64,000 nt of DNA from Octopus vulgaris (GCA_951406725.2 OX597838.1:30566001-30630000), one strand, 5' to 3'. Positions 1 to 13,971 are shown, counted from the first letter of the stretch. Translations and numbers: made by a program. Notes: generated by a model from the letters alone, not told the origin.

Positions 1-182
1 TTTATATAATTCGTCACTATATTCACTGCGGTGTTTATTTTGACCATATCGTGCTTATGGGGTATTTTGGCGGGCAATTTAACTGGCCTTGTACATACAT
101 GCATATATATGTATGCATGGACGTTCGTATATGTAAGTATAACGTTTGTTCTGCATATATTTATTTGTATTTGTATGCCCAT

Positions 183-254
183 CTGATATATTCAACTGAT
201 GAGGCAAAGCTTATTTAAAGCAAAGCTAGAAATCCAGGATCTTGAATTATTCAG
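183..254 (+). ncRNA. Candidate minimal type I hammerhead ribozyme (Penelope-like element type)
   Basis: ATTCAA-CTGATGA-GGC...GCT(A)-GAAA-TCCAGGA-TC-TTGAAT. Stem I ATTCAA/TTGAAT is extended by CTGA/TCAG, stem III is near-palindromic (ATCC-A-GGAT), cleavage triplet AUC (C241). One extra A before GAAA is non-canonical. Confidence 0.55.
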
Positions 255-474
255 TAATATCTTTTTGCTAGTCTATTTTGTCCCTCAGGGTGCGATATGA
301 ACATTTAACGTTGTTCTTAGAGTCAGGGTTTTGACTGCTATTTCGGCATGGTGGTGTCTCTCAGACACCCTTATTTTTAGTTGTAAAAAAATTATTACCT
401 TTGTATGGTATTTTTCCCATGCTGGCCACTTGATAATATCGATATTTAAATATCGATATTATCCTTATTTATAA

Positions 475-857
<383 letters not shown>

Positions 858-929
858 TAGTTTCAGTTCATAGCTGTGGTCATGCTTGGAGCCCCGCTGT
901 TTTGCTACTCATTTATTAATGAGATCTTC

Positions 930-1438
930 TTTTAATATATGGCACTTGGTGTAGAATGGAGTTTGATGTAGCTACCCTCAATTGCACCTCTTGCCGTGAG
1001 GTTGGTTCATCTGGGACTCACGACAGGAAGAGGTCCAGCCTTGATTTGAAAACGCCTACATCTACTTTGTGGAGATTCCTCAGGTTCTTTGGGATGATAC
1101 TAAAATGTTGTGGGGCCCTGAAACCCAGGCTGTTGCAGTAACTGGCCCTGAAGCGCGATGGCATTGCTGGGATCTTTGGCACTATGTAGTGTCGACCTGT
1201 TCTGGCATTGGTGTAGCTTTCATTGCCAAAATTTGGCACAATTCCTTCCAGGATCTTCCAGATGTATATTACTGCATGCCTCTCCCGTTTGCGCTCCAGG
1301 GAGTAGAATCTTAGCTGTTTCAGCCTTTCCCAAGAGACGATCTTCTTTGTGAATCTTCGCTGAATTGCTTCAAGGTCCGGTGTTAATTTTACACTGCTGG
1401 GTGACCATAGCTGGGAGCAGTAATCCAGGCTGCTGGAT

Positions 1439-1440
<2 letters not shown>
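930..1440 (-). mobile_element. Non-LTR retrotransposon (CR1/Jockey-group) ORF2 C-terminal fragment
   Basis: Minus strand translates LERKRERHAVIYIWKILEGIVPN...CNSLGFRAPQHFSIIPKNLRN...VFKSRLDLFLS, typical of LINE ORF2 C-termini. Confidence 0.7.
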
Positions 1441-1485
<45 letters not shown>

Positions 1486-1555
1486 ATTATTACTCTACCA
1501 CTGGTATTTGAGTACTCTTTTTTTCCACCTTGTTTCACATTTATGTGTTAACTCC

Positions 1556-1658
<103 letters not shown>

Positions 1659-2029
1659 GTATGTATATATATATGTATATATATATGTATATATGTATAT
1701 ACATATATATATATCTATATATATGTGCGTATATATATGTACACACGCACACACACACACACACATATGTGTATGTATCTGTATGTACGTATAATGCATA
1801 AAGATGCAAACATTGTATCTATTTTAAGCTTTAATCACAATATTCTTCGTACTTATTGAAAGTAGAGCACTCTGAAATGATTAATTATTTAGAGTTATTT
1901 ACACAACAGTTATTTGCAAATTCGTTTTGCGTTAAGCATATTTTTCGGTCAGTTAATTTCCGTTGCTTCAGTTTGTGAGAAAAAGAAAAGACTAAAAATA
2001 TAAAAAAAAAAGATAAATAAAAACAACAA

Positions 2030-2200
2030 CGGGGTGATTGTGTGGTAAGAAGTTTGTTTGCCAACTACATGGTTCCGGGTTCAATCCTACTGCGTGGTAT
2101 CTTGGGCAAGTGTCTTCTACTATAGCCTCCTGCCGATTAAAATTCTTGAGAGTGGATTTGGTGAACGGAAACTAAAAGAAGCTCGTCGTATATATATATA
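2030..2200 (+). mobile_element. tRNA-derived CORE-type SINE (family A), 5' part
   Basis: GTGTGGTAAG...GGTTCCGGGTTCA...CTTGGGCAAGTGTCTTCT; same family as 11237, 22868, 30567, 33277. Confidence 0.8.
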
Positions 2201-2229
2201 TACGACGAGCTTCTTTTAGTTTCCGTTCA

Positions 2230-2560
2230 CAAAGACGCCTGTTTGTGATGTCCTGTTATCGTTATTATTATTATTATCATTATTGTTTTTACGTATTATT
2301 TTTGTATTCATATTCGTGTAACATCGTCCGTTTTTCTGTCCTTGTTTTGTATACATTCGAAGCTTTCTTCCAAGGAATCTAATGCGCTTAGCTTAGTTTT
2401 TCCTTGGGGCAGGCCAGATTGGAGCAATCTCAAGATTAATCAGCCGAAATTGCGAGGATGATCCGGTTCTTGACTGAAGATTGAAGGCTTCAAATGTCCT
2501 GTCCGTGTTTTTGTATCGTCTTCAAAATGCTTTGCGTTCTTGTCCCAGTTTGTATTTTTT
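2230..2560. repeat. Interspersed repeat, second copy at ~5090-5262
   Basis: TTAGTTTTTCCTTGGGGCAGGCCAGATTGGAGCAATCTCAAGATTA...CCCAGTTTGTATTTT shared; both copies are followed by (TACA)n and CACGTGATCA. Confidence 0.75.
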
Positions 2561-2689
2561 ATACATACATACATACATACATACATACGTATATATATAT
2601 ATATATATACATATCACGTGATCATGTGACCGACGAGGCTTGTTTTAGCCTTCAAACGACGCCACCCCGCTGGCTAAGCGAGCAGGCCA

Positions 2690-2744
<55 letters not shown>

Positions 2745-2753
2745 CATACATAC

Positions 2754-2784
<31 letters not shown>

Positions 2785-3151
2785 TTTGACCGATGTTACG
2801 TCCCCATAACTTAGTGGTTCGGCAAAAGAACCAATAGAATCAATACTAGGCTTACAAAGAATAAGTCCTAGGGTCGATTTGTTCGACTAAATGCGGTGCT
2901 ACAGCATGGCCACAGTATGATGACCGAAACAAATAAAAGATAAACCAAAAGACAACATCAAAAATCTCCAAAATAAAACAAAGAAAGAAAGAAACAAAGG
3001 CAAAACGGAATTAGTTTTGGTTTTTCCAGCGAGTTTTACCTTCGTCTACTGAAGAGCATGGTGGCAGTGCGAAACATTAGGCCTATTGTTTGGAGTAATT
3101 TTAACAGATATTTGACTTACTGTCTGCACACACATACACACTTGCGCAGAT

Positions 3152-3185
<34 letters not shown>

Positions 3186-4319
3186 GCTCACGCACATGCA
3201 CACACATCAGAAAGATGGGGTAGAGGTTGGCTGGAGTAGGAGCTAAAGTAATGGCGACTGAAAAAGGGCGACAAAGCACAAAAAATGGTGAAAGGAAAGG
3301 AAGGAGGAAATCAGGAAGGAAAAGAAGAGAGAATAAAGAGAATATAAAAACTAAAGAGACCACCAGCTTCTCCTTCTGAAAACAGGATGGTGGTGGTGGT
3401 GGTGGAGAGGGGGGAACCTCTCCCTTCCTTTCACCAAATGGTTCCACCCAAAAGTTAAGAAAAGTAACACAAGCCCACCCCTAACAAAAATACAAAATAT
3501 CAGCGATAGATAGAAATGAACTCACACAGAGACACGTACACATAGATACACACCACACACGTGCGCACATACATAGGGACACACACACACACTCACACAC
3601 ACACACACACACACATACACACCAACTAGCTGTAATTTTCAGATGAGACCCCGTTACCGGATGTGATCTTACTAGGTTCCTTGGTTCCTTACCTTAAACA
3701 AGCAACACGTTGTGTATGCATTTTGTATGTACGTACGCACGTATGTATACATATATGTATGTATGTATGTATATATGTATGTATGTATACACACATATAT
3801 ATGTATATACACATACACATATATGCATATATCTATCAAATCTATGTTCATAATACATACATATATAATATACATGCATGTAAAATATATACGCATAAGA
3901 TGTACATATATATATATATATATATATATAATGTTGATGCTTACACACATAAATATATATGAATCTATGTATATATGTATATGTGTGTATGTGTGTATTT
4001 ACGTGTATACGTATGTGTGTGTGTGTGTGTGTGTTATCTAAATACAAAATCAAGCAGTGTTATTCTATCATCTTGTGTGGGCCTTAATTAACCCTAAAAA
4101 GTAACCCAGCCGAAACTTCCTCGCCCACCTCTCCTCGTCTGCTCCACTACGACCCGCCCATGGTCACTCGATTCGCTAGGAATGGCTGTTAATTCCCCTT
4201 CTTCTGCATCATACTGCCGTCTGCCTCTTGGAAAAGAAGGACGCATTGAATGCGTCATGATTGGTCAAGGTTGAAACGCCTTTGGCTATAGGTGTGTCGG
4301 GTTGGTCAACGAAGGGGTG

Positions 4320-4463
4320 AGGAAGAGGAGGAGGAGGAGGATTAGCCAGAAAAGAGGAAGAAGAAGGAGGAGGTGGAAAATGATGATGAAGGGAAAAAAG
4401 AGGAGGAAGGAGTAAAGGAGAAGATAAAGAAGAAGACGGGGAAGGAAGATGAGGAGTAGGATC

Positions 4464-4501
<38 letters not shown>

Positions 4502-4740
4502 CAGCAGCAGCAGCAATAGTAGTAGTAAAAGAAAAAGAAGAGGAAGAAGAAGAAGACGAAGAAGAGGAAGAAGAAGAAGAAGAGGAAGGCGAAGAAGAGG
4601 AAGATGAAGAAGAAGAAGAAGAGGAAGAAGAAGAGGAAGAAGAAGAGGAGGAAGAAGAGGAGGTAGAAGAGGAGGTAGAAGAGGAGGAAGAAGAGGAGGA
4701 AGAAGAGGAGGTAGAAGAAGAAGAAGAACAACAACAATAA
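4320..4740. repeat. (GAA/GAG/TAG)n trinucleotide low-complexity tract
   Basis: Direct reading. Confidence 0.9.
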
Positions 4741-5389
4741 TATGGACTTTTCAGAAACCCTTAAAACCCTTTTTAAAATCCTTTTGTAACCCTTTTAGTT
4801 TCAAAGATGGTTACCTAGAAATGTACCTCTGATGCTTTCTCTCCTTTCTCAGCAACTAAATGGCGAGAACAGCATTATTACAGATACAGATAAATGAATT
4901 TCCGGGAAAGACGAAAGTATTACTGGGAATGACAGTTTTCCTTCCGGAGGCTCTTTTTCCTACCAAAGAGTTTCATGATATTTGAACTCAAGTTATGGAT
5001 ACAGAAATGTCCATTCCAGTACCCAGGATTTAGAAATATCTCCCCCAATACTTGGGAGTGCAGGAGTATCTGGGGTACAAGAACGTCTATCCCATTAGTT
5101 TTTCCTTGGGGCAGGCCAGATTGGAGCAATCTCAAGATTAATAAGCCGAAATTGCGAGGATGACCCGGCTCTTGACTGAAGATTGAAGGCTTCGAATGTC
5201 CCGTCCGTGTTTTTTTATCGTCTTCAAAATGCTTTGCGTTCTTGTCCCAGTTTGTATTTTTTATACATACATACATACATACATACATACATACGTACAT
5301 ATATATATATATATCTATATATATATATATCTATATATATATATATATACATATCACGTGATCACGTGACCGACGTGTACTCCACTGAC

Positions 5390-5760
5390 TAGGGTAGAAT
5401 TACGCCCGCCCCATTATTCGAATGAGGAACATCTATCCGATAAACTTGGGACAGAGTCACATTTACCCCAAGCGTAAAAGAAGGTGAGTCTCATTATTTG
5501 GGGTAGGGACACGACCAACATATTACCCTGTAGAGGGGTGCCTGCCCTATCAACTGGGACAGAGTCACATCTACGTATCAGAGGAACATTACACGTATCA
5601 GAGGAACATATATTCAGTTACGCGGTGTAAAGGAAAATGTACCCCATTATCTGGGGTAGAGAAACGGGTAATCTATTACCTAGTAGAGACACGTCCACCC
5701 CTTTATATGTATCAAAGGAATATGCACCCGATTACCTGGCGCAGAGGGAAGTTTTATCTG
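5390..5760. repeat. Degenerate ~30-bp minisatellite
   Basis: Recurring GGG(T/AC)AGAG...CACAT(C/T)TACCCC...ATTA motifs. Confidence 0.5.
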
Positions 5761-6044
5761 TCAAAGTTTTAAGCTGTTACATGTTTATTTTTCGCAATTT
5801 TCGTTTTCTGCAACATTCGTACATGTGGCAAGATGGCTGCCGCAGAAGTGAAAGGAGGAGTTATTCGCCACAATGGTGGTAGGAGATTATGTAAACAAAT
5901 ACATCCTAAATATTCTGAAGCGAAAGAAACAAAATAAAAAAAAAGAAAGAAAAGGAAAAGAGGAAAATACGTAGGATGAGAATAAAAGCGATAGTTTTGG
6001 AGGTTATGGGGCGGCGGGGGAGACTGTAGCGATGGTGGTGAGGA

Positions 6045-6093
6045 TTATGATGATGATTATTATGATGATCGTGATGATGATGATGATGACAAC

Positions 6094-6156
<63 letters not shown>

Positions 6157-6301
6157 GATGATGATGATGATGATGAGGAGGATGATGATGATGAGGATGA
6201 TGATGATGACGATGATGATGATGATGATGACAACGATGATGATGATGATGATGATGAAGATGATGATGATGAGGATGAGGATGATGATGATGATGATGAT
6301 A

Positions 6302-6350
<49 letters not shown>

Positions 6351-6368
6351 CGACGACGACGGTGATGA
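6045..6368. repeat. (GAT)n microsatellite
   Basis: Direct reading; explains the poly-Met ORF. Confidence 0.95.
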
Positions 6369-6692
6369 TATGTTTAGGTCCGTTTGTTCACCGAAAACTT
6401 CAATCCAAGAACTGAGGTCATTAAGGAAATTATTTTTCGAAACGATTCTTTGAGTTGCAACCGGAAGGAAAGATAACGAATGAGAAATATAAGAAAATAC
6501 AAGAAGAAAAAAAAACAGGGAAGAAAACTAGGTTGTGATTACCTCCCCCTTCCTTCCACGACCACCGCCACCTATCACTAAATGACTGTGTACTCACTGT
6601 GTTAGGTTAAAATGAAGAACATTTCTAAACAGGAAGTTGTTAAGTCTATACTCCCTAAAGTGTGCCGAGAGTATTACAAGTACAGTTGTTCT

Positions 6693-7070
6693 GCCTCCTC
6701 CTCCTTCTCTTCCTCCTCCTCTTCCTCTTCCTCCTCCTCTTCTTCTTCTTCTTCTTCTTCTTCTTCTTCTCCTTCTCTCCTCCTCCCCCTCCCCTCTTCT
6801 TCCCCTTCCTCCTCTTCTTCTTCTTCTTCTTCTTCTTCTCTCCTCTTCCCCCTCTTCCTCTTCCTCCCCTTCCTCCTCTTCCTCCTCCTCTACCTCTTCC
6901 TCCTCCTCTACCTCTTCCTCCTCCTCAACCTCTACCTCTTCCTCCTCCTCTACCTCTTCCTCCTCCTCAACCTCTTCCTCTTCCCCTTCTTCATCTTCCT
7001 CCCCTTCCTCCTCTTCTTCTTCCTCCTCCTTTCATTTCTTTCTCCTTCCTCCTACTCATCCTGCTCCTCC
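6693..7070. repeat. (CCT/CTT)n polypyrimidine tract
   Basis: Direct reading. Confidence 0.92.
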
Positions 7071-7899
7071 TTTCTGCGTTGCTGCTTTTGTTGTTGTATC
7101 AACACTATATGACTGGTACCTTGTTCTAATTGTCCCAGCAAGGATGAAAGGCGAAGCTGATTTGAACTCAGAACGTAAAGGTCATCAAAATCAAAATAAA
7201 GACCAGCGGCTATTAGGACCCTACATTGGTCAACGTTCACCGTCTCCCTCTCTTTTAATCAGCCCTTTTACTGCAGAAATCAGATATATCCGCTCAAAAT
7301 TGCAGGAAGCAATCTATCTTTTGTTGAGAAATGTCAAGTTTGTTGAGGCAACGTGACTTACACAAAATACCAATTCTAGGTTTTTGGTAGACACCAAACA
7401 TCGTTATTGGAACATCCATGAAATTTTGCAGCGAAAGAGATAAGGAAGGTTCGCTTTTGCTCTTGCCCGTACACGCATGCAAGTCTCCCTTTTCTACAAT
7501 GATTGTCCAAGAGAAATGCTTGGCATCATTGATATCGCAGGGGTTGCTATCAGAATACAAAAAAAACAAAAACAGAGCAGATTCCACTAAGCATCTTGCC
7601 TGACCCCTCTGACAGTTCTGTGAATCCACTGCTCTGAATTGGTACTTTTTATCGGTCCCGAAAAGATGAAGGACAAAGTTAACCTCGGTGATATTTGAAC
7701 ACAGAACGCAGAGACTTGGACCAAGTATCGCGTGGTATTCTATCCAGCGCTCTAACGACCCAGCCAATTTGTTGCTATTCCAGGTTAAAGAAAGGTGGTT
7801 TATAGATACACACAATAAAATCGATTAATAGCTGAGTCCACCCCGCACAGACACTGAGCGGGTACATGCAGGGTGGTTTGGTTTCTCTTTCTGGTGGCG

Positions 7900-8190
7900 T
7901 CAACAGCAACGTCCGACGGTACTAGCGGTGATACCTAGCAGTGACAGTAGCGACTCCTGGCGGTGCCAGCAGCGACACTTGACATTGACAGTAGCGACTC
8001 CTAACGGTGCAGGCAGCGACACCTGGTGGTGCCAACACCGATTATTCTATGTACTTGCAGAAACCCCTGGCGGTAGCAGCAGCGACACCAGGTGGTACAA
8101 GTAGCGACACCTGGTGGTACAAGTAGCGACATCTAACGGTGCCAGCAGCGACACCTAACGGTGCCAGCAGCGACACCTGGAGGTACTGGG
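7900..8190. repeat. ~20-bp GC-rich minisatellite
   Basis: Repeated CAG(C/T)AGCGACACCT(GG/AA)(C/T)GGT units. Confidence 0.75.
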
Positions 8191-8339
8191 AGCGACTGTC
8201 AGTAGTTCCAAGTGCTATTCCTGGTCCTTGCAGAGTTTGGCAATGCCGAAACATGGGTTTAATAAACAGAATTGTCTCCCAAATAAAATTTCTTCTCAAA
8301 ATATCTCAAAACCCGCGTCCAACCTCTCAACTGGGACAG

Positions 8340-8370
8340 AACTACTACTACTACTACTACAACAACAACA

Positions 8371-8444
<74 letters not shown>

Positions 8445-8454
8445 CACCACAACC

Positions 8455-8510
<56 letters not shown>

Positions 8511-8517
8511 CACAACC

Positions 8518-8610
<93 letters not shown>

Positions 8611-8878
8611 GCTGCTGCCGCCGCCACTACTACTACTACCACCACCACCACCACCACCACCACTACTACTACTACTACTGCCGCTGCTGCCGCTGCTGCC
8701 GCTGCTGCCGCTGCTGCCGCTGCTGCCGCTGCTGCCGCTGCTGCCGCTGCTGCCGCTGCTGCCGCCGCTGCCGCCGCTACCGCCGCTGCCGCCGCTGCCG
8801 CCGCTGCCGCCGCTGCCGCCGCTGCCGCCGCTGCCGCCGCTGCCGCCGATACTGCCGCTGCTGCCGCTGCTACCACCA
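8340..8878. repeat. Compound trinucleotide array (ACT/ACC grading into GCT/GCC)
   Basis: Direct reading; explains the poly-Y/H/C/R, poly-L/P and poly-A/V ORFs. Confidence 0.95.
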
Positions 8879-9032
8879 TCCGGGACATGGAGACGATTTT
8901 CCTCAAGGGAGTTCGCTCCCTTTCACACATCAGTTGATTCGTCTGCGACCATTGGTGTTTGGATAGGCGTTTAGTCATGCTCGCTGTCTTTTGATGTCTG
9001 CTTAGGCGCCCTTCTCGACTATACACGTATAC

Positions 9033-9182
<150 letters not shown>

Positions 9183-9422
9183 TTATGCATATATATGTAT
9201 TAATATATGTGCGTATGTGTGTCTGTGCATGTATGTATATGAATGTATGTGTATTACGTACACAAAAGCTCTCCCACTCACCCACATAAATGCTTGAGTG
9301 GTTTACAAGTGCGTTAGTACATACATACATACATACATACATACATACATACATACATACATACATACATACAAACATATGCTCTCACACTCTCATATAT
9401 TGTATGTATGAATGTACGTACG

Positions 9423-9489
<67 letters not shown>

Positions 9490-9673
9490 ATATATATATA
9501 TATAAGTATACACACATACCCGTACACACATTTATAAGCACCCTAGAAGTGCATAGATGTGTGTGTGTGTATAAATGTCTATGTACGTGTGTATGTGTGC
9601 AAGCATGTTTGTATGTATGTCTCTATATATATATATGTATACATGTTTATATTCATATAAATACATGTAATAC

Positions 9674-9708
<35 letters not shown>

Positions 9709-10039
9709 TTCATACATATGAGAGTGTGTGTGTTTATATATAGATAGATAATGTAACTACGCATTCGCACCCTTAAAATTTCCTGGGTGCTGTGATGCAA
9801 ACTCTTTATTCTTCATTCGGGAGACGAACACAAATCTGTGACTCACGCTTACCAACATTTACAATCACAGCTACTACAGTAAACTCACCCCTATCCTATC
9901 CGGCACCATTTATACCGGAATGTTGCCGGATAACTGAATTTTCTGGATATCTGATCATCACTTTTTAAATTACCATTGCCCCTTTAGAAAACTCATTAAA
10001 ACTCTGCATGTACATCGGTGTTATCATTATTATTCTGAA

Positions 10040-10645
10040 TATTGTAGAAAGGTTCATGGTTTCAGGGGTTGTCAGCAATGAAGGACATGTGATGCCTCCT
10101 TACTTCTTTCCATAAGGCCTTAGAGTTAACTCTGCCGCCTAAATTGAGGTCCTGGAAATAATTGTTAACCCCTGGATAGACAGTGTATACAATGGAAGGC
10201 CACATGTATTTCAGTAAGACTCTGCACTATCACATGTGGCTCTAGCAACACAGGAATGCATGGTTGAAAATTTTCATGATCACAAAACCCCTAACATTTG
10301 GCCTCTTAATTCTCCAGCTCTCAATCCTTTGGACTATTATATGTGGGGTGTTGTTGAGAGAGAAGTCAATGATCACACCCATAACACCAAAGATTCTTTG
10401 AAAGCTGCCATAGTCGGAGTAATGTTCAAAATGAACCAGGACCACTTGATTCGAGCATGTAGATGATTTAGATCTCATATAGAAGCAGTTGTTGAAGCTG
10501 AAGGTGGCTTTATTGAATAACATTATAGAAAAGAAGGTTTATTTTTATCCACATAGCATTTTTTGATAAATAAAGTTATTATTTGTTATTATATATGTTT
10601 ATCATAAACATAAATCTGACCTCAAATATCTTATGCACCCTATAT
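10040..10645 (+). mobile_element. Tc1/mariner DD37D (maT-type) transposon 3' relic
   Basis: VMVSGVVS...FQ*DSALSH...WPLNSPALNPLDYYMWG, 37 residues between the last two catalytic D; internal stops; ends ...TTATGCACCC-TA. Confidence 0.8.
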
Positions 10646-10714
10646 ATACAGAAATTCTTGATCATTTTCAAAATGAATTGAACCACATAGAAACGGAAGT
10701 ACAATTAAAGTAAG

Positions 10715-11170
10715 TACGAGGGAGGCAGATCCCTAATCTGGGGTGCGATGCACTGCGGCACGTTGTCCCGCTCCAGCCTTGCTGCATCGTCAGCAAACCC
10801 GGTTATAGCCACCTGTAACGCAGAGGAGAAAAAAATGAACGAAAGTTAGGGGCCTGACCGTCTTCTGTCACTTTGTGCCGATCGTCGTCGAGACTTCAGA
10901 TGTTCTCAGACCATTTCCTCAGCAAGATCGGGATTACTGCGGCCCGTCTGATTAAATGAGCCCCGCGAGGTGGGGGTGGTTTATTGCAACGAACGTTGCT
11001 GGCGCCATTCTCCGCGGCAACGCCTTTGCAATCGGGTCTGCGAGGCGCGGCTAAACACGCAATTTGTTCTTGGGGTATACAACCTGTTACTCTCTCCCTG
11101 CCTCCCTCTCCATCTTCTGCAGTTCAATCTCCCCCCGCCGTATTCTCTTTTTCTTTGTTTCCTTGGTGAT
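10715..11170 (+). mobile_element. CRE-like (restriction-like endonuclease) non-LTR retrotransposon C-terminal relic
   Basis: Frameshifted pieces GRSLIWGA, AEEKK, FVPIVVETSD and AILRGNAFAI match CRE-clade motifs (LVWDATC, FxPxAVETxG, AIQRGNA). Confidence 0.65.
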
Positions 11171-11236
11171 TAGGGATCTTTTCTCTCGATTGTTTGGTCT
11201 CTTATACTTTTGATGTTTTATTTTTTTCATCGAAGG

Positions 11237-11640
11237 TGCAGGAGTGGCTGTGTGGTAAGTAGCTTGCTTACCAACCACATGGTTCCGGGTTCATTCCCAC
11301 TGCGTGGTACCTTAGGCAAGTGTCTTCAACTATAGCCTCGGGCGAACCAAAGCCTTGTGAGTGTATTTTGTAGACGGAAACTGAAAGAAACCCGTCGTAT
11401 ATATGTATATGTATATGTGTGTGTGTGTTTTTTATATGTCTGTGTTTGTCCCCCCAACATCGCTTGACACCCGATGTTTGTGTGTTTACGTCCTCGTCAC
11501 TTAGCGGTTCAGCAAAAGAGACCGATAGAATAAGTGCTAGGCTTACAAAGAATGAGTCCTGGGGTCGAGTTGCTCGACTAAAGGCGGTGCTCCAGCATGG
11601 CCGCAGTCAAGTGACTGAAACAAGTAAAAGAATAAAAGAA
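11237..11640 (+). mobile_element. CORE-type SINE (family A), full length
   Basis: GCAGGAGTGGCTGTGTGGTAAG head, internal TA/TG tract, GACTGAAACAAGTAAAAG tail. Confidence 0.85.
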
Positions 11641-12008
11641 CAAATAAGTTTTATTAACCTAATAAAATACAGGTATTCTAAATACAGTAAAACAAAATCC
11701 CTGTACAACACTTTGAGAAGCGACAATCCATTTTAGATGCAGTAGAAGCTGTTTTTTCTCTTGTAGACAATTAATTAATTGACACTAATTAGCACAATTT
11801 CTCATTACACTAATTAACACATTTTTTTCTTTTTTTTTTTTTCTGGGTGCCGGTTGTTTGAGAATTTGAGTACCGGATGAGAGGGAGTTTATTGTACATG
11901 TATTTCCTGAGCAACTGCAAGGAACGAGTTCGAATCGCAGAACAGGCCTCTGGCGTAATACAAAATGCAGACGACAAACCTTATCCAATTCCATTAAACT
12001 GTCATTCT

Positions 12009-12359
12009 CATGGGGGGGAGGGACCCCCTTCGGTCACGACACTGACCATGGGATTGCACCCAGAAAGCTACCCTCCTAGTCACAAGTCTGGGCAAGGTGG
12101 TTTATGGAAGACCAGCAGTCGCCCATGCATACCGGCCTCCCCTCTCCACGCCACCAGTGTTAGCCAAAGGAAAGGCAAAGGGGCCAATACAGCTTGGCAC
12201 CTGTGACGTCACAACTCATTTCTACAACTGAGTGAACTGGAGCAACGTGAAATAAAGTGTCTTGCTCAAGAACACAACACGCAGCCCGGTCCGGGATTCG
12301 AGCTCACAACCTCACGATCGTAAGCTCGACGCTCTAACCACTGAGCCATGCGCCTTCAC
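12009..12359 (-). mobile_element. tRNA-Arg-like SINE (family B) with 13-bp TSD
   Basis: Minus-strand head GGCGCATGGCTCAGTGGTTAGAGCG...GCTCGAATCC; TSD AAACTGTCATTCT at 11996-12008 and 12360-12372; empty site at ~31765. Confidence 0.88.
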
Positions 12360-12809
12360 AAACTGTCATTCTATCGTCATTAAATTCTTGCAATCTCAGC
12401 AATCAGACAGGATTCTTTAGAAAGAAATAAACATGGAGAGGAAACGAAATCCCTCATCGTTTTTTCTTATATTCAAATGTCTAGCGATTGATTTATTTGA
12501 CTAGATTTCTGCTTCTAGAATTTCTGTGGCGTTTTTTTGTTTTATGCAAAGAAACTGATCTTAAATCCAATGTTTGACTGTTGAAAGAAATTGAATAAGT
12601 GGCTTTATGCGGTTCCCAGTTGATTGCAGTTTATGATTGCTATTAGCGTTGCATGCGTTGTGTTGTGTTGTGTTTTGTTTAGCTTGTGTTGTGTTGTGTT
12701 TATGTTGTGTTGTGTTGTTTGTTGATTGTTTTCAAGCATCATGTTTCATAAATTCATTTCGTTCAAGTTTATTTTCCGCAATCTTTCTTAGAATTTGAGA
12801 AGCAATAAA

Positions 12810-12884
12810 AACACCACCACCACCACCACCACCACCACCACCACCACCACCACCACCACCACCACCACCACCACCACCACCACC

Positions 12885-12916
<32 letters not shown>

Positions 12917-13017
12917 CAACACCACCACCACCACAACGCCAACAACACCACCACCACCACACCACCACCACCACCACCACACCACCACCACCATCACCGC
13001 ACCACCACCACACCACC

Positions 13018-13049
<32 letters not shown>

Positions 13050-13400
13050 CACCACCACCAACATCACCAACACCACCACCACCACACCACCACCACCACA
13101 ACCACCACCATCACAACAACAACAACAACAACAACAACACCACACCACCACCACCACCACCACCACCACCCACCACCACCACCACCACCACCAACAACAC
13201 CACCACCATCACCACCACCACCACCACCACCACACAACAACAACAACAACAACAACAACACCACCACCACCACCACCACCACCACCACCACCCACCACCA
13301 CCACCACCACACCACCACCACCACCACCACACCACCACCACCACCACCACAACAACAACAACGACGACGACGACGACGACGACGATGGCGCCGACGACGA
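12810..13400. repeat. (CAC/CAA)n microsatellite
   Basis: Direct reading. Confidence 0.95.
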
Positions 13401-13640
13401 CAGCGATGAAGACATGGCACAAAGTATTAGAGCAACATAGCAACAGCAATGTGAAGTGAAATATTGCGGGTTCAAATCAAACAAACTCCCTAAACTTAAG
13501 GAAGTCGACGGGTGGATGTCCCTGTTTTATCAAAATAGAGGGAAATGGAATAAGAAAAATGGCAGTGAAAGGGGCTGAATGAGGAGAGTGAGTATTCGTC
13601 TATTGAGGATGGGGCTGGGATCAGATGACAAGAAAATGGT

Positions 13641-13710
<70 letters not shown>

Positions 13711-13971
13711 TGGGAGAGAAGTGGGAGGAAGAGAATTTGTAAATATTTTTGCCAATTTAGAATTCCATAAGTTGATAGCTATTACGAAAAAAATGGAGAT
13801 AACTTGCGCGCGCACACACATACAGACCCCCCACACACATATACACACACACACACACACTCCTATACATACACATACATTTACAGGCATGGCTGTGATG
13901 GCTAAGGTGTTCACTTTGCAGCCCACATGTTTCCGGGTTCGGTCCCATTGTGTAGCATCTTGGACGACGAA

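Noticed and set aside
7294-7815. 173-aa minus-strand ORF
   Set aside because: Part of it is decayed SINE C; no recognisable domain or splice evidence
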